NCBI RefSeq assembly: GCF_006345805.1
Contig: NW_021827519.1
Location: 1-27,073 of the forward strand
Direction: 5' to 3'
From: Octopus sinensis
Taxonomy: Eukaryota
DNA: 27,073 nt
The notes below the pieces were generated by a model. The model had not been told where the DNA came from and made no database searches. It saw nothing but the letters and a program-made list of their open reading frames with translations. Shown here one piece after another: positions 21,316-27,073 of the stretch (position 1 is its first letter; every line of letters begins with the position of its first letter). Position numbers and translations under genes: made by a program.

Positions 21316-21649
21316 ATATTTATATATTAAAACATACATACATACATACATACATACATACATACATACATACATACATTACATACATACATACATGTGT
21401 GTATATGTGTATGTATGTATACTTACATCAGAATTTTGTCATTAGAAATGGGAAAAAGGGCAAAAAACTAAATAAAGAATTGGTTATTTTTCATGCAGTC
21501 GAGTATCATAATATTCATGGCAGCTTATAGTATTGGTTACTGACAAGGCTTCAAGAATTCCTGTCTTGGAGGTTCTTGAAGTTATTCAAATTAACTTGAA
21601 TAACTTTGGGCATCGTTGTCAGTAGTCAATACTTTTAGTTTTAACGCAC

Positions 21650-21725
21650 ACACACACACACACACGCGCACACACACGCGCACACACACGCGCACACACA
21701 CACGCACACACACACGCACACACAC
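21650..21725. repeat. (CA)n interspersed with CG dinucleotides, roughly (CACACACACGCG)n
   Basis: Directly visible alternating purine-pyrimidine tract. Confidence 0.85.
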
Positions 21726-22297
21726 ATACATACACATATTTGTATACACGTATGTATGTACGTGGGTTTGTGTGTTTACTCGAATTAAAACGAACCTTGA
21801 CTGACCAGAAGACTTGATATTTATATAGAATCTGAGATTTATTTTAATTTCTATTATAATTTCTGTGTATGTATTTGTATTTATCCGACGTCGGTTTACC
21901 GGCTCCCAAAGATGGTCCTTTTCAGTAAAATCATGACTGGGGGTTAGGCTTCATATACTTCTCAGACTTCTTTTTTATGATCATCTGAAGCGGGTTCTCA
22001 TTTTATGCGGGGTCCCTCCCAATCGGTTGCAGTCCTTGGAGTAGAGGGCTCTGAAACCGAATGCAGAAGACTGCACGAAAAGAAATAGAGATGTAGTCAT
22101 CAATCCCCTGCAGGTGTTCCTCCGGGTCACTTTGGATGCCCCCGGTGCCACAGGACCTGCCTATCTTGTGTCGGTCATGCCAACCACGTCTGCTTCCACG
22201 AGAAACAATTTACTGGGGCGGAGGAGGATGAATGTCTTGAGTCGACGCTGCCAATCACTTTTGATAGGCCGTCATAAGATAAGAAGACACACACACA

Positions 22298-22455
22298 TAC
22301 GATGGGCTTCTTCCAGTTTCCATCTACCAAATTCACCCACAAGGCTTTGATTGGCCCAAGGCTATAGAAGACACTTGCCCAAAGTTCTACGCAGGGGCCT
22401 GAACCCGAAACCATGTGATTGGGAAGCAAACATCTTATCACACACGCACACCTGC
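22298..22455 (-). mobile_element. tRNA-derived SINE family B head with CORE-like segment
   Basis: Minus: gcaggtgtgcgtgtgtgataag...GGGTTCAGGCCC (B-box-like)...ctttgggcaagtgtctt...ccttgtgggtgaatttggtagatggaaact. Confidence 0.75.
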
Positions 22456-22521
22456 CCCTTATATATATGTGTGTGTGAGTGTGTGTGCGTATACGTGGGT
22501 GGGGAGAGACAGAGTGGAAGA

Positions 22522-22566
<45 letters not shown>

Positions 22567-22794
22567 TTCGGATAAGAATAATACACAAAAGAAAAACTTA
22601 ATTTAACAAGTGAAAATATTCATTATTCTTAATTATCTTTTATATTCTTAAAAAAACGATGGCCAGAAGTTACAAACCTGGTTGCCTCCGTTGAGGCAAA
22701 AGTCGTAACATGAGGCCATGTCGTAGAAAGACAAGAATACGGCTTGTATGTGGATGTGTGCGTGTGTTATTTTTGTGCTTTCATGTTTGGATTA

Positions 22795-22842
<48 letters not shown>

Positions 22843-22910
22843 TTAGATAAAACTTAGATATGTTTCGACCAGAGATTGGTCCAGGCCATGTCTAACTTAA
22901 TAGCACCACC

Positions 22911-22982
<72 letters not shown>

Positions 22983-22990
22983 ATATATAT

Positions 22991-23130
22991 ATAAATGGAG
23001 TTGAACGAAGATGTTAACAAAATTCCTTTACCCTCGGTATATGTTTCGAAGACAACATGGTTTTATTCCAAAGGAATAAACGGTGCAAGATGCAGTCTTC
23101 TCATCAGGAAAGAAAGGGAGCCTCTCTCAA
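22991..23130 (-). repeat. PLE pseudo-LTR, 3' copy (sense to the ORF); inverted partner of 24397-24536
   Basis: Manual alignment: 133/140 identical to the reverse complement of 24397-24536. Confidence 0.95.
23025..23117 (-). ncRNA. Hammerhead ribozyme motif, probably inactive (GUC changed to ACC)
   Basis: Minus strand: cctttctttc-CTGATGA-GAAGAC...GTCTTC-GAAAC-ATAT-ACC-gagggtaaagg. Stems I and II are intact, but the cleavage triplet and stem III are mutated. Confidence 0.7.
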
Positions 23131-23389
23131 CAACAAGACAAAACAATAATTGCGATGACTGCCTACATGGTAAACAAAACGATAAGTGTTTAAAAAAAAA
23201 CCGTCAGTAGAATTGACGTCAAGGTTAGATAGTAGGAAGAGAAGGGTTAAAGGAATAATAAGTAGGGAACAAGTAGAGAGGGAGGGGTACGTTGATTTAA
23301 AGAATGTTTAAAGGCTTAGGAAAGAATTTCTCTATTGAAGTGGAGTGCACTTGAAACTAATTGTTCAAACTATAATGACTATCGAAATC

Positions 23390-24390
23390 ATTTATATGAG
23401 TAAAAGGTATGTTTCTGCCAGTGTTTACATTATACGATTTCTCTACAAGTGTGTTTACAAGGGGATTCTTAGAGAAGAGAATATGGAAGAGTTCAGAGTT
23501 GCAAAGGTTACAAATTCTCCTGCCCTTATCAAAAGGAAAGGATACAAACAGTATGAACCAATCTAACTTAAAATCTATATTATTGTCTTTAAGACGCCAA
23601 ACTAATTTACTTAGCCCTGTACTATGTCATTTTTTACTATCCCTAAATGATGAATAATGGTTTGAAATTCTCTCGGATAACTGGGAAGTAGACGCACCTA
23701 TATGGAAGAAGACATCGGTACCGGAAGAAATTTTACACTGGGAAATATAATTCTTAATCTTAGAATTACTAGACAAAAATTTAATTTTGTTGGGGTTGTC
23801 CTCCGAGATCGAAACGAAGTTTTATTGCTATGATTGTTGTTACTATTATTATTACCACCACCAACAACACTATTCCTATTAATATTAGTATTATTATTGG
23901 TAATACAACTAATAATACCATCAACAATAATACCGTTATTATTATTACTATTAACATTACCATTGTTATTAACACGACTATTACTATTATTATTATTATC
24001 ATTGTTATCACTATCACTACTACCATTACTATTATTATTGATACTATTCTTCTTATTATAATTGTATGAGGGGTTGGAATTAGCAAGATTAATGCTGGAA
24101 CTCCCGAGTGAAGAACCTTTATTTAACAGCTTGGTATTGTGAGAAGATATAATTTGTGAAAGATTCTAACTATGTGGGAATTGATAATAGAATAATATCT
24201 AGAATTTTGGGGAAAGTTCTTAGCAACAGCTTCACGGAACTGTAAGGGAAGGTTCGATTTAATTTGTTTTCCGAAAAGTTTTACGAATCAGATACATTTC
24301 TTAGTGACTTTTGAATCATACGTAGTGTTATTTGTAAAAGTAAGGGAAAAATATCTGGGTTGGAAATTTGGGGTTAAATGGCGCTTACCT
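23390..24390 (-). pseudogene. PLE ORF remnant: post-RT linker plus GIY-YIG endonuclease, with stops and frameshifts
   Basis: Manual translation gives CI*FVKLFGKQIKSNLPLQFREAVAKNFPQNSRYYSIINSHIVRI / LSQIISSHNTKLLNK / KNYISQCKISSGTDVFFHIGASTSQLSERISNHYSSFRDSKK*HSTGLSKLVWRLKDNNIDFKLDWFIL...RRICNLCNSE...CKHW. This matches the PLE pattern IWF...FP...SHN...YIG...R..NH..SF...LS...W.LK...W.I...CxLC...CRH. Confidence 0.85.
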
Positions 24391-24396
24391 CCCCTC

Positions 24397-24536
24397 TTGA
24401 GAGAGGCTCCCTTTCTTTACTGATGAGAAGATTGCATTTTGCACCGTTTATTCCTTTGGAATAAAACCATGTTGTCTTCGAAACATATGTCAAGAGTAAA
24501 GGAATTTTGTTAACATCTTCGTTCAACTCCATTTAT
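24397..24536 (+). repeat. PLE pseudo-LTR, inverted copy at the 5' truncation point
   Basis: 133/140 identical to the reverse complement of 22991-23130. Confidence 0.95.
24410..24502 (+). ncRNA. Type I hammerhead ribozyme motif (GUC site at 24489-24491)
   Basis: CTGATGA 24420-24426; stem II GAAGA/TCTTC; GAAAC 24480-24484; palindromic ACATATGT stem III; GTC; stem I cctttcttta/aagagtaaagg with an A-A mismatch at the first pair. Confidence 0.8.
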
Positions 24537-24798
24537 TTATATATTCATATATAACACACAAATTTCTGCACATGAACCTGAGTTTCTACCCTTGGACAGG
24601 TCGCTTCAAGCGTGTTTCTGGCGTGAATTTGCTACCCTGGTATCGGTTCATCGAATTTTCCATGTTGACGGTAAACATAGGATAATTCATTCACCTATCG
24701 ATATATATATATATATATATATACCATCACACGTACATACACGCACACACATGTATGCGTGTCTGTATGTATCTATGTATGTATATGTATATGTGTAT

Positions 24799-24868
<70 letters not shown>

Positions 24869-24882
24869 TATATATATTATAT

Positions 24883-24954
<72 letters not shown>

Positions 24955-25289
24955 TATATGTATGTATATAAGTCAGGGGTAGAATCGGCTGAGCACCTGA
25001 CAAATTAATTCGTGGTATTGTCACACTCCACCTCACTTTCGCTGTGATTCCTCCAGATATATATATATATATATATATTATGTGTGTGTGGGTTTATATA
25101 TGTGTTTATGCGCATGCGCGCGTGAGTGTATGTTTGGATGCTTACAGCAATATTATATTATACGTGTTAAATAAATAATTGTGCCTGTCTGTATGTGTGC
25201 GTATATGTGTGCATGTGTGTCAGTGTATTCACACATTTAATATACACATACATGCACACACACATGTTTGTATGTACATATGTGTGGTG

Positions 25290-25328
<39 letters not shown>

Positions 25329-25791
25329 ATGTATGTATGTATGTATGTGTAGAATGGCTGAGACTTTCATATTGGATATATGATATATACATTTGTGAAG
25401 AAGCGTATATATGTGTGCGTTTGAATGGGTTATGCGTGTGAAAGTATTGTGTTGAGTAGAAAATAAGGAAGTGAAAGACGAGAAACCCCCAGCGACTTTA
25501 TTGGACTGGGAGGGGAGGGGCATTGTGGGAGGGGTGGGGGATGAGTAAGAAGGTGGTGGTGGTGGTGGAGATTTTGTGGGGTCGTTGACCTGCAGACCAA
25601 ACACAACAGATCTATATGGAACTATTGTTCGAGAGAGATTGTTATGTGCCGGGGACTGGTGTGAAATCCAGTGGAATACGGTGAGACATTTTTTGGACCC
25701 TTGTCCATGCTTTGAACCTTGGAAATATTTTCGATAACTCAGTTCTTCTAAGCATAAATAGGTACAATGATGAAGTACATCTTGCATGTCC

Positions 25792-26090
25792 GAGCCGGTA
25801 AAATCGGTAACATACCGGACGAAATGCCGCTAAAATAAGTACCAGTCAAATACTGGGGTCGATGTAATCGACTTACCCTCTCCTCCGAACTTGCTGGCCT
25901 TGTGCTAAAATTTGAAATTGTTATCAGTTGTAGTATTATTTACATTCTGAGTTCAAGTTCCGCCGAGTCAACTACGTCTTTCATCCTACCAAGGTCGATA
26001 AAATAAAGTAGCAGTTATACACTGGGGGACTGTCTTATATATTCTCTCTCCTGAAAAATAAAACATTCTGCCTATACTAAATGTTATAAC
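25792..26090 (+). mobile_element. Two degenerate or rearranged SINE family A pieces
   Basis: Head gagccggtaaaatcggtaacataccggacgaaatgc joined directly to aaaataagtaccag...tggggtcgatgtaatcgac, then a second piece starting ttctgagttcaagttccgccgagtcaac. Confidence 0.7.
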
Positions 26091-26091
26091 G

Positions 26092-26172
<81 letters not shown>
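26092..26172 (+). repeat. Compound (CAT)13(CAG)14 microsatellite
   Basis: Direct count; begins right at the 3' end of a SINE A piece. Confidence 0.95.
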
Positions 26173-26175
<3 letters not shown>

Positions 26176-26429
26176 TATCATATTCGTTGTCATCGTCGTC
26201 GTCGTCGTCACAATTTTCACTATGACTGTAACAGTGAAGTTTCTCCAAAACTGGGTATTTGGATTCACTTATTGTTCCAAATGCCCCCTTCTCTAATTAT
26301 CTCCCTCGTGTCATCAGTTCGTCCAGTGACCCCTGGCTATTTTTCTCTTCCCTTGCTTCGGAACCTAAAGAGACGAAAGCAAATACCAATAGATATTTGT
26401 CCCACACTAACAGGTCTATCCAATCATTA

Positions 26430-26545
26430 CTCATATACTTCATTTTATTGACCCTGGGGGGATGAAAAGCAAAGATAACCGTGACGAGATTTGAACCCAG
26501 ATCGTAGAGACCCGGAAAATAATACCACGAGATATCTTATCTGAT
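26430..26545 (-). mobile_element. Old SINE family A remnant
   Basis: ttattgaccctggggggatgaaaagcaaagataacc...gagatttgaacccagatcgtagagac resembles the family A body. Confidence 0.55.
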
Positions 26546-27073
26546 ACTTCAATAGTCCTAGCCTTCATCGGCAGAAACTTAACGATACACTTTGAATCAA
26601 AAGTAGCAGCAGCAGTAGTTGTAAAGAGGTGGGGTGTCATTTAATTAAAATATATTTGATATTAGAGAAGGGGAAATAGAGTGACTTGTTACAAGTTAAT
26701 CCTCTTGAATCATGTCTGGTGACATAACTAAAATTGTCAACAGATGTCCACCTTCTACATACACCATACACACAGTATACACACACACAAATACAGACAC
26801 AGCTGCATACATACATACATACATACATACATACATACATACATACATACATCATACATACATACATACATATAGTTACATACATACGTATGTACATACA
26901 TACGTATGTACATACATTCGCATATATATATATATATATATATATATGTAGAGAGAGAGAGAAAGAGAGAGGCAGAGAGAGAGAGAAAGTATATGTTCCA
27001 CACACACACACGCCACACCCACACTATACATATACATATACGAACACACGCACACACATGCATACGCACCCAC

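Larger units (their letters stand above)
22991..24536 (-). mobile_element. 5'-truncated Penelope-like retroelement (C-terminal GIY-YIG type) with inverted pseudo-LTRs, abutting (TA)n
   Basis: Degenerate RT-EN linker and GIY-YIG frames, 140-bp inverted terminal copies containing hammerhead motifs, and a (TA)n array at the left end. Confidence 0.85.

Noticed and set aside
21870-22290. Unique, GC-richer island that might be a LINE or exon fragment
   Set aside because: All frames I translated contain stops and no recognisable motif. It needs BLASTX.
5548-22455. tRNA genes suggested by A-box and B-box-like motifs (including ~10550-10590)
   Set aside because: No complete cloverleaf. The motifs run into repeat bodies, so they are SINE heads.
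23627-24290. In-frame TGA codons in the PLE (23627-23629, 24288-24290) as selenocysteine
   Set aside because: They fall at expected Arg and Trp positions (K*H, I*F), and the ORF is also frameshifted, so this is ordinary decay.
77-27073. Dozens of ORF-track entries rich in YI, CV, HT or LS dipeptides
   Set aside because: They are translations of (TA)n, (CA)n, (GA)n and tetranucleotide microsatellites, not genes.
1-27073. CRISPR arrays, operons or other prokaryotic systems
   Set aside because: No regularly spaced repeat-spacer structure. Splice signals, SINEs and microsatellites indicate an animal nuclear genome.

Overview
Eukaryotic (animal) genomic DNA, extremely rich in microsatellites. 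Repeat content and style point to a coleoid cephalopod, most likely Octopus (inference, no database check). There are no prokaryotic features, CRISPR arrays, rRNA or true tRNA genes. Main content: (1) A minus-strand giant exon (~19891-14720; strong acceptor, AUG-free 394-nt leader, strong-Kozak ATG at 19497, perfect ATG|GTAAGT donor). It encodes a low-complexity protein of 1593 codons once one in-frame TAG (18220-18222) and one 1-nt deletion (16185/16186) are repaired, and it ends in a signal-peptide/anchor-like stretch plus an RxxR site. I cannot identify the gene. (2) A decayed Penelope-like retroelement (GIY-YIG endonuclease, minus strand) bracketed by 140-bp inverted pseudo-LTRs. These contain a type I hammerhead ribozyme with a palindromic stem III and an unusually long, branched stem II. 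(3) Three further hammerhead-like motifs in or beside microsatellites. (4) An internally deleted RTE LINE, several SINE families, a hAT-type MITE, unexplained inverted repeats and candidate cis-regulatory clusters. Most ORF-track entries are microsatellite artefacts.
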